This document shows positions 33,400 to 43,589 of a stretch of DNA of 64,000 nucleotides, piece by piece (positions within the stretch are counted from its first letter, which is position 1; every line of letters starts with the position of its first letter). Made by a program: the position numbers and the translations under genes. Under the pieces are notes generated by a model. It saw only the letters and a list, made by a program, of their open reading frames with translations, was not told the origin of the DNA and searched no databases. The DNA comes from Andalucia godoyi And28 (taxonomy: Eukaryota > Protista > Jakobida). The DNA is taken from assembly GCA_009859145.1 (NCBI GenBank), contig VRVR01000059.1, positions 3,145 to 67,144 on the forward strand, given 5' to 3'.

Positions 33400-35109
33400 A
33401 TGGGGATAAAGAGCAATAGCGTGCTGGCGCACTCTGGGCTTTCCGGTCTCAGCACGTCTTCGTCTCCGAGTTCCGCTTCTCAGACGACACTTCATTTGGT
33501 GGTGAATCTCGGCGCAATGGAGAGTCTGCATGAAATGGTTCTTCCCACCGAGATGGACGTCTTGATGGAGAAGTTCAATGTGATCGTGTGCTGTGCAGGG
33601 GTTGCGTATGCCGCAAAGGCATCTCGGCTGCTTGCAGGGCTCAAGTTTGTGAGACCCGGCAGCTCTACGCGATGTCAGATCCTCCGTGGACATACAGTGC
33701 TTTCATGCATAAAAGAGTTCTCCAGTGCGTCGACGGAGGGTAGCGGCGAGATTGACGTGCGGCGGCTTGTCATTCTTGACGTGCCAGAGCGATACGCGTC
33801 GCCTGCGGGGGATGCGACGTATCACAGCGGAATTGCAGCCACTGTCTCTGCATGTGTCGTGGCGCCCGACCAGTTCCGTCGAAGCAGCAGGGCACTCGTG
33901 GACTTCTTGGTTGCGGTGGCCGACACATTTGCGTACGAATCGTCGAATTCAAGAAGGTTTCCCGCAAGGCTCTCGTCGTCGAGCGCCGACTCGTCTTGCG
34001 CATCCGCATCCATGCATACCGGCATCAAGAGTCGTGCTCGATCATCCAGCACAGCGTGCACCACGATTAATTCCAGTCTTCCCGCAATCCGAAATCCCTT
34101 GTCGGCATCTCCTGCGTCACCCGGCAGTACCAGTGCAGATCTTGTGTCTGGAGGGCATTCCCTCCCGGTGCAGGCATCTGCAGCTGCCATCTTGGGCCGA
34201 ATGATGGAACAGAGCAGATCGGTGAAGCTCTTCGGAAAGGAGCAAAAATTTGCGTTTCCGGCTCCAAGTAGTGCTGCCAGTGGCTCCAGTGGTGGTACGC
34301 CGACTGTTTCACACCAGAGCTCCGTAGACTCACAAGCTTCTACGCACTATCCTGGGACCGGCAGCTCAAGAAACTCGCTTGATCAGAAGTCAGTGCTGTT
34401 CAACACGCCATACAACTCGTCGCCTAAGAAAAGCGTCGATTCGAGCGCAATACCGATTGCTGCGTGCCCGCTGCCCGAAATCTCGTTGCAGGTGAATACT
34501 GGATCCAGCGAGCAGTCTCTGGACCGCATATGCGCTCCCTCTGCAGCTTTACATTTCTCCCCCGGACATTCCCGAGGTTCAATCATGGCGAGCATGGGGA
34601 GGTCGCCCAGCAGCTTGTCTGGATCGCGGCGAAATACCCAGGAACCGACTGCAACGCTTCTTCTGTTGGATGATGGCGAACGAGACTTTTTAAAATCGTT
34701 TGGAACGGATGCCTCCGCCAGCAGCGGCAGCTTTCTCCGACACTCCCCATTGCATATGATCAGCGGCAGCAGCAGCAGCAGCAGCAGCAACCCGTCTGTT
34801 GCCAGTGCGATGGACCAGCTGTCGTTCTCGCCGTGGAAGACTAATGTCAGCTCGAGCCCTTTTGACGACCTGCTGCCGCCAAAGGCTGCCAATGGCGGAG
34901 GTCGGTCGCGTGCTGGATCTAGTGTCTACGCAAACACGGTCGATCTCAATTCGTCGATCTCCCCTTCGTCGTCCGCGCTATCTCCACTTGCCGCTGGCTC
35001 TCCAACGCTCCAGCTGCCGTCGGTAGATGCCAGAACGTCTCCAACTTCTGGTGGATTTCTAACACCGCTGGCTGTGCCCGTCACAGTGCCAAATCGTAGA
35101 TCTGTTTAA
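33400..35109 (+). CDS. Hypothetical protein, globular N-terminus and Ser-rich disordered C-terminus
   Basis: 569-aa ATG-started ORF. Confidence 0.78.
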   Translation: MGIKSNSVLAHSGLSGLSTSSSPSSASQTTLHLVVNLGAMESLHEMVLPTEMDVLMEKFNVIVCCAGVAYAAKASRLLAGLKFVRPGSSTRCQILRGHTVLSCIKEFSSASTEGSGEIDVRRLVILDVPERYASPAGDATYHSGIAATVSACVVAPDQFRRSSRALVDFLVAVADTFAYESSNSRRFPARLSSSSADSSCASASMHTGIKSRARSSSTACTTINSSLPAIRNPLSASPASPGSTSADLVSGGHSLPVQASAAAILGRMMEQSRSVKLFGKEQKFAFPAPSSAASGSSGGTPTVSHQSSVDSQASTHYPGTGSSRNSLDQKSVLFNTPYNSSPKKSVDSSAIPIAACPLPEISLQVNTGSSEQSLDRICAPSAALHFSPGHSRGSIMASMGRSPSSLSGSRRNTQEPTATLLLLDDGERDFLKSFGTDASASSGSFLRHSPLHMISGSSSSSSSNPSVASAMDQLSFSPWKTNVSSSPFDDLLPPKAANGGGRSRAGSSVYANTVDLNSSISPSSSALSPLAAGSPTLQLPSVDARTSPTSGGFLTPLAVPVTVPNRRSV

Positions 35110-35361
35110 AGTAGTGTATGTTGTTGTATAGCTTCTGTCGCGGTCGGGGGAAAAACAAGGACAATAAAAGAAAACCGCAAATTCCTTTTCTTTTTCCGTG
35201 TTTGTTTCTCATCATTTTATGTTTTGTAAATTGCGAGTGCCAGGCTTTAGTTTCCATCTCTCCTTTGTCGGTTGTTCACATGCACTCTGTCGGGACAATG
35301 ACTAACATACTGACAACATGGATGTACGCAGATCCTACGATCACACAACTTGTTGTGATAA

Positions 35362-35512
35362 CCCTCCAGCCCAAAAACGACTGGTGGACGGCTGTGAAGA
35401 TCATCGGATAGTATGGCTGAGGGTGTGCAGATTAAGGCCCAATGAGACACTGTCGAATATCGACAGCCGCATCCCTTTTTAATCGATGATTCCTCCGCCG
35501 CGGCCTCTCTCC

Positions 35513-35590
<78 letters not shown>

Positions 35591-35972
35591 TTGTGTGTGG
35601 CGCACACCACTGCCAATCAACAGAATCAATACAATATCCGCTCGATTGACAGCCGAGAATGAACAAGCGGATTAAAAATGCGAAATGGCAATAAAAGAAG
35701 CTCGTTGAAAATCCCTAGTTTCCTCTTGGTTCCCAAGGTCCAAACGGTTTCTAACGAATGCAATCACTGATCAGCTCGAGAGCTCTGAACAGGAAAATAG
35801 GTTGTCTCTGTTTTGGGGTGCGCGGACCCACGGATGTCCCACTCAAAAGGGGAACTCATTGGATGGGCGCTGATGCGGAATGTAAAAGTCACTTTACACT
35901 AAATAAATCTGTTTTTTTTTTGAGGCGCAGCATGCGAGCCAAGAGTTTGGAGAGAGGTTTTGGGCTGGAAGG
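35362..35972 (-). mobile_element. MITE copy B (inverted relative to copy A), flanked by a TAA target-site duplication
   Basis: TAA|CCCTCCAGCCCAAAA ... TTTTGGGCTGGAAGG|TAA; interior matches 4629-5238. Confidence 0.9.
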
Positions 35973-36158
35973 TAATACTTACTTTTTCTTCTTCTTTCCC
36001 TCCCTCAACGGTTTTCAAGGCAAAACAAGAAAGAAGCTCGTCTTTTCGACTGTTTTACGTCCTACCATTGATTTGCACAGTGCGGCTCGTTGGTGTCGCG
36101 CTTTTCGCTGTGTCCCTCTGGCCCTCTGCGACGACACGTCTCACCAGCTCTTTCTCCG

Positions 36159-36332
36159 ATGGACCCGCTGAGAACTGCTTCACTGAAGCTCCGTAAAATC
36201 AAGCGCCAGCGGCTGCATGTTAGCGAAATCGTCAAACGGGCGTTGTCCGAGACCGCTGGTGATTCTTTGTGCATCGCAGTGCAGCTGGGGCCAAAATCTC
36301 CCGGGAAGCCCCCATCTGCTGTAATAAAATAA
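36159..36332 (+). CDS. Possible small basic protein (57 aa)
   Basis: MDPLRTASLKLRKIKRQ... ORF in a GC-rich island between AT-rich spacers; no family recognised. Confidence 0.25.
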   Translation: MDPLRTASLKLRKIKRQRLHVSEIVKRALSETAGDSLCIAVQLGPKSPGKPPSAVIK

Positions 36333-36501
36333 GCAAACGCGCGAAAATGTCCTGGTCGCACGATGTCCAGCATAGTTGTGATTTTAGTATTATTACTAAT
36401 ATATTTTTCAACTTTATTTTTTGGATTGGTCGTTTGTTCGTTTTTAATTAAGAAGTCTACATTATACGGGTATTCTACTCGGCGTGATTAGTGGGGAAAG
36501 C

Positions 36502-37464
36502 ATGTCCGAGGTTGTTCCGATTGTTGGGCCTGCTCCTCAGGGCGCCGTGGTGAAGGGTGCTGCTGATGGTGGTTCGAAGGACGACCGCGATTCGGTGGTT
36601 GTTGCGCAGTTGAGTGCGGAACAGCAGTCTGCTGTAAAGGAGCTGCAGGCAGCGTTGGAGCCGCTGACTGACAGACAGCGGGCGTTCTGTGACATTCCGT
36701 GTCTGCTGCGGTACCTGCGTGCACGTGACTATGATGTAAAGAAGTCGAGGAAGCTGCTCCTTTCGACGCTGCAATGGAGACACTCCTTCCGTCCGCACCG
36801 TATTTCGCCAGATGATGTGGAGGAGGAAGCACTGACTGGCAAGGTGTACCGCAACGGATACGATCGTGCGGGCCGTCCGATCATCTATATGCGTCCCGGT
36901 CGTGAGAACACGAAGAACTACGACCGTCAAGTGATGCACCTGGTGTACCACTTGGAGTCTGCAGTCCGATCCATGGGCCCGGGTGTCGAGTCCTTTGTGT
37001 TCATTATCGACTACTCTGGGTTCTCGCTGTCCAAGAGCCCACCAATGGCTGTTTCCAAGCGTGTCTTGTCGATTCTGTCCGACAACTACCCCGAGCGACT
37101 GGGGAAAGCGTTCCTGGTAAGCTATCCGTTTTACATGGGTGCGTTCTGGGCTGCGATTTCCCCGTTCCTCAACAAGGTCACAAAGTCTAAAATCACGTTT
37201 GTGAAGGGACACAAGGTCAAGGAGGTCATTGGCGAGTTCGTGGACCATGAGGTGCTGGAGGCGGCGTTCTCCGGCGCAAAGAACTATGAGTATGTGCACG
37301 AAACGTACTGGGGAAAGGAAAAGGAGTACTGGACGGGCATCAGAGAGCACTTGGATGCGTTGGATCTCGAGCAGGTGCAGCATGACGACATCAAGCACGC
37401 AGAAGACCGAAAAGTGGAAGAACATGAAAAGGACGATCATGAACATGCACAAGAAGAACAATGA
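36502..37464 (+). CDS. CRAL-TRIO/Sec14-like lipid transfer protein (Pdr16/Sfh3-like)
   Basis: CLLRYLRARDYDV, TLQWR, GYDRAGRPIIYMRPG, IIDYSGF, ILSDNYPERLG, ISPFLNKVTKSKI. Confidence 0.93.
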   Translation: MSEVVPIVGPAPQGAVVKGAADGGSKDDRDSVVVAQLSAEQQSAVKELQAALEPLTDRQRAFCDIPCLLRYLRARDYDVKKSRKLLLSTLQWRHSFRPHRISPDDVEEEALTGKVYRNGYDRAGRPIIYMRPGRENTKNYDRQVMHLVYHLESAVRSMGPGVESFVFIIDYSGFSLSKSPPMAVSKRVLSILSDNYPERLGKAFLVSYPFYMGAFWAAISPFLNKVTKSKITFVKGHKVKEVIGEFVDHEVLEAAFSGAKNYEYVHETYWGKEKEYWTGIREHLDALDLEQVQHDDIKHAEDRKVEEHEKDDHEHAQEEQ

Positions 37465-37613
37465 AAACACGAATGAGAATTAAGAAACCCCAAACCCAAA
37501 TCAATCACACGCTCTCGACCTGTATTTGTGTTTGTTTCTTTTGTTTTCCTAAACGCAGTGCTTCTGGTGCATGCCGGTAAAGCAAATATACTGTGAGGGA
37601 GGGTGTGGGAGCC

Positions 37614-38744
37614 TCAATTTTCGACGGGCGGGGCCAGCTCCGTCCATATGCCGATTTCTGCACGGCCATCCGGATGAATGCAGCCACGGAACATTCCCGG
37701 AGTGTTGAAGTCCATGCAGACTTCTCCGGTTCGAGCATCGACTGCAACAACGCCGCACGTATCAGGTTGCAGTCCGACAGCGGAGTCTTCATGCAAACAC
37801 GCTCTGACTGCGTCTCGCATCGACTGGTGTCCATAGCGCATGCGAGAATGAACATCGTGGGCCACGCAGTTTCGTATGATCGCCTCTCCAGTACCTGTAG
37901 CTGATAGCGCCAACGTCTCGGAATGCGCAAACGTGGACGCACCAACCACTGGGGTATCGCCCAGTCTGCCGACTCGCTTATTCGTAAGACCGCCTGTCGA
38001 CGTGGCTGCTGCACACCCAAGATCGGAACGCCAGGCGACGGCACCCACTGTTCCTTTTAGTCCATGGTCCAGCAACACCTGCTCCAGCTCGCTTTCCATT
38101 TCGTCCATATCGTCGTCTGCACTGATGTGCTGCTTTTGCATCCACTGTGAACTCCGATGCTCATCGTCAGATTCGGAATGATCGGCAGGAGCGGACTGCT
38201 CGGCTGGATTATGATCCAAAATCTGTCCGTCTCTATTTGCCAATCGCAGTTTCTCCCACTGCTTCTTGCGCAGGGTCGTCGTAAAATAGCTGTTTTCCAC
38301 TTTTTGAGAATCGTCAGAGGCAGCAGAGGCGGAGGACAGCGCACTCAGCAGCATCTCTTCTGCATGCGGACCGCTCAAATGAACCGAGTCCCGGATGTTG
38401 TCCATCACGTATCTTGCCAATTTGACTGGGTTCTTCGTGCGTGTGAGTCCCGAAACGCACGCACACGATCCAGGAACCATAACACACGCCTCCAGTTCAT
38501 GGTGGCCTTCGCGATTCAAAACGGCGCCACGACCCGCATTGAACAGCGGAACATCTTCCAAGAAGCGCACGATTGCTTCGACTGCATCCAGCGGCGTTTT
38601 CGCCGGGTCCGATAGTACCCGTTCCCCGACTCGCAAAGACGCAGACAATGCTGCGCGGTACGCACGGTCCTTGCGAGACCCGACTTGGCGCGGATCAATA
38701 ACGCCTGCACCGCCATGAACTGCTAAAGACCACCGAATACTCAT
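37614..38744 (-). CDS. Isoaspartyl peptidase/L-asparaginase (type-2, Ntn hydrolase)
   Basis: LAVHGGAG, LEDVPLFNAGRG, KNPVKLAR, GTVGAVA (Thr nucleophile), TSTGG, GRLGDTP, SATGTGE. Confidence 0.95.
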   Translation of the reverse strand: MSIRWSLAVHGGAGVIDPRQVGSRKDRAYRAALSASLRVGERVLSDPAKTPLDAVEAIVRFLEDVPLFNAGRGAVLNREGHHELEACVMVPGSCACVSGLTRTKNPVKLARYVMDNIRDSVHLSGPHAEEMLLSALSSASAASDDSQKVENSYFTTTLRKKQWEKLRLANRDGQILDHNPAEQSAPADHSESDDEHRSSQWMQKQHISADDDMDEMESELEQVLLDHGLKGTVGAVAWRSDLGCAAATSTGGLTNKRVGRLGDTPVVGASTFAHSETLALSATGTGEAIIRNCVAHDVHSRMRYGHQSMRDAVRACLHEDSAVGLQPDTCGVVAVDARTGEVCMDFNTPGMFRGCIHPDGRAEIGIWTELAPPVEN

Positions 38745-39074
38745 GTTTTGTGCCTTATCTCAATACACGGACATGAAAATGGACTTCAATTGCACTACGT
38801 TTAATTTTTTAAACAGTAATAATACCAACAGATAAATATTTATTTTATTTAAAATATATATATATATGAAAGACGGTAGACCGTTTTCTGTGCATCCGAC
38901 CGCCTGGAAGTGAAAGCGGACTCTTTTGGAGTGAACCAGGTCGAATTATTCGTGTTTGCTTTCTCTCGAAGTTCTCTATCACAGCCTCTTCCAATTGTGC
39001 TCCACGGCTATGGTTTCGTGAACAGAAGGGTATGAAACAGGCCTCATTCTCTGCAGTTGGTGCAGGTCGATGCC

Positions 39075-40214
39075 TCACTCTTTGTACTTCTGCAGGGCAA
39101 TGGCGGCTTCTTCGTCCCCTTCGTGGATTCCATCCAGAATTTGGCGTGAATTGACTGGAATCTTTTTCAAGCACTGCACAAAGAACGAACGTGCATGCTT
39201 GTATGCGGCAATGGTGTGATCGGGCAAGATCTGGGTCGCAGCGTGATGAACCAGTGCTGCGATCCCCGCTGCGTTTGCTGCGACCTTTTCTCGGACAATC
39301 TGACAGAACTGGAACTTCCACATTCCGAATGCTTCTTCGCAAGGATCAAGAAATGGAGAATACGGCGGCAGCTGTTCTACTTCAATTTTTTGGATTCCCA
39401 CTCGCGCAACAAGGGAATCACTGTTTGCTTCGTTATATGCATTGGAACGTTGTCGTGAATGATCATTTGCTTTTGACCTTCGAGGAGCTTTTCCCGTTTG
39501 TTCGAGACGCTGGAAGAGATTCTTCAGAAATACGGCGTACGTGACGCCATTGATGCCCCCCTGTGTAGCATTCGTAATAGACGAGCGAACTTTCTGTCGA
39601 CAGCTGCGATCACAGTCAGGCTCTGCACTTGCATGTTGTCAATTGCCAGCAGTGGACGACATCCTTGAAGGGATATCCCTTGTTCGGGGTGGACAACAAC
39701 ATTGAACGGGCGTCTCGTCGATGAAAATTGTTTTTTGGTACTGATCTTCTTTGTCGCCAAGCATTTTCGATGCGTATTCACTACGAGCATGGATTAGGCG
39801 TTCCAGAATTCGAGAAACGGGAACTGTCAAGAAATCCGCGACTTCGCTTGTACGGCTCCCCATGAAGTTAATTTGATTCCAAGTGATCTTTCGATCCTCC
39901 TGCGATACAACTCCAGTAGGCTTTATCGGCGTTCTCGCCAGTTCTTCCTTCGCCTTTTCGACAGCCTCCTTTCGCTGATGTTCTGCAAGAGCTGCCTTCG
40001 CTAATGTCTCTCGCACAGCTGCTTGCATCGTCAGCGTCCCTGCTGCATCGCTGTTTTGGAGCTTCCGCGCTCTTTTCATTTCCCGAACTTCCTTTGCAGC
40101 ATCCAGCAAAAGCCGTTTCCTCGATTTGAGTTGGTTCATTTGCAATCCTTGCAGTTCCGGAATAGCTGCCACATCCGTGTGGGAAATGGGAATCAGCTTT
40201 TCATCAACTGGCAT
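39075..40214 (-). pseudogene. IS630/Tc1-mariner DDE transposase, frameshifted
   Basis: FIDET(P)FN..., SLTVIAAV, LVYYECYTGGINGVTYAVFL, IIHDNVPMH and LPPYSPFLDPCEEAF lie in successive frames (4 single-base shifts). Element ends not resolved. Confidence 0.88.
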
Positions 40215-40443
40215 GATTCGTTTCGCAGCCTGGCTTGGAACACTCGCGCTAGATGAAGCAGATGCCACAGCCTGCGCGTCTCGTCGCCTCAGTGAAGGTA
40301 CACGAACACAATTGTCATACACCTCAGTTAACGGCTGGCGGACTGGAAAAGCCTCAGAAGCGCTTCTTTCTTGAAAAAGCTCGTTTTCAGCACCCGCAAA
40401 AAGGTCCACGGCACGCGTCTTTCCACGCTGAAGTTGAAAATAT

Positions 40444-40576
40444 GGAGCGGTTCTCTGAGAGCTCCCGGGCAGGTCCGCAAACTATGTGCGCGCCAAAAAA
40501 TTATTCTTCGCCAACTGTAGTAGCAGTCACTCCAGGAAAAAGATCGGGTTACTTTCCTACCGTAGTCAAGTCTAAT
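40444..40576 (-). ncRNA. Candidate U12 (minor spliceosome) snRNA-like sequence
   Basis: Collinear blocks matching human U12 as recalled: GTAGGAAAGTAAC (cf. GTAAGGAAAATAAC), ACTGCTA, Sm site AATTTTTTG, TTTGCGG and TGCCCGGGAG, plus small hairpins. Not verified with a covariance model. Confidence 0.35.
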
Positions 40577-40797
40577 ATATTTCTTTCATCCATCACTTTT
40601 TTCTTTCTCTCTTGTCTTTTTCTATTTGCTTGTGTTTTTCATAATCGAACCCACAAGCACCACCGTTCAGCAATGACAAAACATCTCATAGACCCAAAGA
40701 GGGATCTTCCCGACAAACTCAAAACCGGCCATTCCCGAAGATGCCGAGAACCACGAAACTCGTAGAAAGAACGTGTGCTGTGATGTTTCGTGTATTT

Positions 40798-42006
40798 TTA
40801 CATTAGAGAACAGCAGCCCTTTTTCGGCCGTTCTTGCGGGGTAGCTTGTGCACGGTGGTGGTCTTGAGAGACAGCATTGTCTCGTTCCAATTTTGCGATG
40901 TATGCATCCTTCATGCGAATAGAGTGTTCCAAATCGGCAATCTTTTCTTTGAAAATAGCGGTCGGCGTGTCATCGACGAAAACGGCAGCCTCGCAGGAAT
41001 CAGAAGGAGACTGCTGATCCTTGCTCTTCGTGCCCACATAGCTGCACAACGTCAAAAAGTGTTCTTCCATTCGACGGAGAACCAGGTCTCGAATGTGCCC
41101 GTTGTCTTCTTGTTCGCAAGAGTGAACGAGTCCAATCGCAGTGTCGTTGACTTCGAGGATGTACTCTTGGCCGTCATTGGAGACGATTGAGTCGACTGCG
41201 AGGATGTCGAGTCCGCCGAACAAGCGGGAACACTCGTCTGCCCATTGCTTGTATCTCTCGGTAACCGGCAATTCCTCGACGGAGGCATTACCAGTGTTTC
41301 CCTTCCAGTTCAGCGAGGTCCTTTTGAACACGCGATAGTGCGTCCCGATCTTTTGGACGCGGACATCATAGTCACGCTCGACAAACGGCTCTGCAGTCAC
41401 GTAGTCTTTGTGCATCATGACGATTCCCCGCACATCCAAGAACCGCTCCGAGTTGTCCACCTTGATTTTCCCGTACCCAGCATGTACATGACCAACTTTC
41501 ACCACGCATGGAAACCCCGGATTAATGAGCATTTCTCCGCCAGACGAATAGCACGTCTGCTCAATCACCGGAAACACGCTCTTGCCGAGCTTTTTCTGGA
41601 GCTTCAGCAGCCCTCCAAACACAACTGGTCGTTCCAGGCACATCAGGATCGATTCCAGTGAGTTGACCGACGGCACACCAGCATGCATGAACGCATACAA
41701 AAGGTTGCGGCTGTCTTGGCCGTCCAAAGCATGCGAAACGGACCGAATTAACAGAAAATCAGGTTTCACGGTACGTATGCCGTCCTGACGCCGCGCCGGT
41801 CGAACGTCCACGACCACGCTTCGATATCCATAAGAAGAAATTGATATGTCAGGCCATGTGACAACTACCACGCTCAGTCCGTACTGCGTCTCGCCAATAC
41901 GTACCTTGCAGTCTGCAAAAATGGACTTCCAATCGCAGTACTGTGGGTTGCGAGACCCACTTTCAATCACCAGCAGACTCTTCGGTTTCACACTCTCCTC
42001 GCTCAT
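40798..42006 (-). CDS. Synapsin-like ATP-grasp protein with C-terminal CCxxx/CaaX motif
   Basis: KPDFLLIR, GVPSVNSLES, FPCVVKVGHVHAGYGKIKV, YDVRVQKIGTHY, NWKGNTG, FGGLDILAVD, YILEVND; ends KKGCCSLM. Confidence 0.9.
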   Translation of the reverse strand: MSEESVKPKSLLVIESGSRNPQYCDWKSIFADCKVRIGETQYGLSVVVVTWPDISISSYGYRSVVVDVRPARRQDGIRTVKPDFLLIRSVSHALDGQDSRNLLYAFMHAGVPSVNSLESILMCLERPVVFGGLLKLQKKLGKSVFPVIEQTCYSSGGEMLINPGFPCVVKVGHVHAGYGKIKVDNSERFLDVRGIVMMHKDYVTAEPFVERDYDVRVQKIGTHYRVFKRTSLNWKGNTGNASVEELPVTERYKQWADECSRLFGGLDILAVDSIVSNDGQEYILEVNDTAIGLVHSCEQEDNGHIRDLVLRRMEEHFLTLCSYVGTKSKDQQSPSDSCEAAVFVDDTPTAIFKEKIADLEHSIRMKDAYIAKLERDNAVSQDHHRAQATPQERPKKGCCSLM

Positions 42007-42539
42007 ATCCCAAGCGTCCAATAGGGATCTTTAATATGTAAAAAATCTGCACTATGGGATACCCGGCACGGATGGCTGCGCTTTTATGATTTCCCTGCTG
42101 CTTTCTGATTCACTTTCTCGCCGTCCGCGGTGCAGCAACTACACTTTTGAGCTCAACTGTGTTTATGCTTATGTGTTTTCTGGAATCAAGTGATAATAAA
42201 AAAAAGTGTATTGGCTGTGCCCGATACAAAAACGTCTGTACACCGCGACTTGAAGAGGGAAAAACCCCCGAAATGAAAAAGAATTCCCCGAAAAAAATGA
42301 AAAGTATGTTTTGTCAGGACAGTGACACGTAAGGTGTCAGCTGATCATCTCTGATTGACTGAATCCTTCGTTGTCGTTTTCTTTTCAGTTTTCATGACGA
42401 GTTCGTGTCTCCGCTTGGTTTTTGTTTTGTTTTCTTGTATTTATTTCGAATACTATATTTTCCCCTTCCTCTTCGTTCTTGTTTCTCCTCTATTTCCCAA
42501 CATTCATCCCTCTGCCATAGAGCTTTCGACGTGCCAAGG

Positions 42540-43589
42540 ATGATGCGCATCTACTGCCACGAATGCCATGCGACGCGGACTGCGCCTCCGCCTGTGTCTC
42601 GCGATTCGATGAGCTGTCCCAGCTGTCGGTCTGACTTTGTCGAAGAGCTTTCGCCTTCACCAAGTTCTCCGTCGGCGTTCCCAACCTCTCCAAACGACGC
42701 ACAGCCCCGGTCTCCACCTACGCCGCAGTTCACAACAATCGGCAATGGACACGCACAGACGTTTCCTAATCAGCAGCAACAACAACAACAACAGCAACAG
42801 CACCAACAAAGACAACAGCAGCAGCAGCAGCAATTTCAAGAATTCGATGTCGACTACGAGCATTCAAATGCACAACCGCTTCCTTCGGCATCTTCTCCTC
42901 TCCAAAATATGTTTGCGTCGCTCTTTGGAGGCTCGCGCTTGACTGCCGCTCAACCAGCAAGCAGCAGTAATCCGTTTTATGTGGCAAATGGAGACCCATT
43001 TGCAAGCTTGATGTCTTCGTTTGTGACCGGTTTCACGAACTTGTCGAACAGGTTTGGCCCAAGACCTCCAAATCCCTTCATGGCAGGCACTGGTGGTGGA
43101 CTGTCGCTCGACGCGGTGATTTCGCACATTATGAACACGGACAACAACCGATTTGGAACTCCGCCGGCATCACAACGAGCCATTGACGCGCTCCCGAAAA
43201 TCAAGTGCTGCGATGTGAACCCCAAGCAGCCCAAACACTGCAATTCCACTGCCACGGGTGCTGGTGCCTGCGATGCGGGTAACGCTAGCGAGGATGCAAT
43301 TGGAGAGCGTGCAATGGATGGGAAGTGCGAGGCCGTGGAGTGTTCTGTTTGCATGGATGCGTTTTCCAGCGAGGATAAGGATGGAATTGCGATTCGGATG
43401 CCGTGCAAGCATGTGTTTCATCAGGAATGCCTCATGCCGTGGCTCAAGGATCACAACTCATGTCCGAGCTGCAGAATGGAGCTTGAAACAGACAATGCCG
43501 ACTACGAAGACAGGAAAAGAAGAGCCAGACAGCAGCAGAACGTGCAGCGACAGATTCATGCAAACGGCGCTCCTTCGTACTTCTCCTAG
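42540..43589 (+). CDS. RING-H2 E3 ligase with N-terminal zinc ribbon (RNF126/RNF115-like)
   Basis: YCHEC...CPSCRSDFVEE, TPPASQRAIDALP, CSVC...MPCKHVFHQECLMPWLKDHNSCPSCR. Confidence 0.92.
   Translation: MMRIYCHECHATRTAPPPVSRDSMSCPSCRSDFVEELSPSPSSPSAFPTSPNDAQPRSPPTPQFTTIGNGHAQTFPNQQQQQQQQQQHQQRQQQQQQQFQEFDVDYEHSNAQPLPSASSPLQNMFASLFGGSRLTAAQPASSSNPFYVANGDPFASLMSSFVTGFTNLSNRFGPRPPNPFMAGTGGGLSLDAVISHIMNTDNNRFGTPPASQRAIDALPKIKCCDVNPKQPKHCNSTATGAGACDAGNASEDAIGERAMDGKCEAVECSVCMDAFSSEDKDGIAIRMPCKHVFHQECLMPWLKDHNSCPSCRMELETDNADYEDRKRRARQQQNVQRQIHANGAPSYFS

Noticed and set aside
36475-37470. 331-aa minus-strand ORF
   Set aside because: Antisense shadow of the CRAL-TRIO gene. The same applies to most overlapping 100-290-aa ORFs over AP3D1, the CBS gene, the PAP2-like gene and others.
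38874-40562. CGGTAG...CTACCG|TA as transposon ends
   Set aside because: Only a 6-bp match, no TA on the left side, and it would overlap the U12-like sequence.
42048-42135. Imperfect hairpin GCACGGATGGC...GCCGTCCGCGGTGC in a divergent promoter
   Set aside because: Single occurrence, interrupted stem, no family resemblance.
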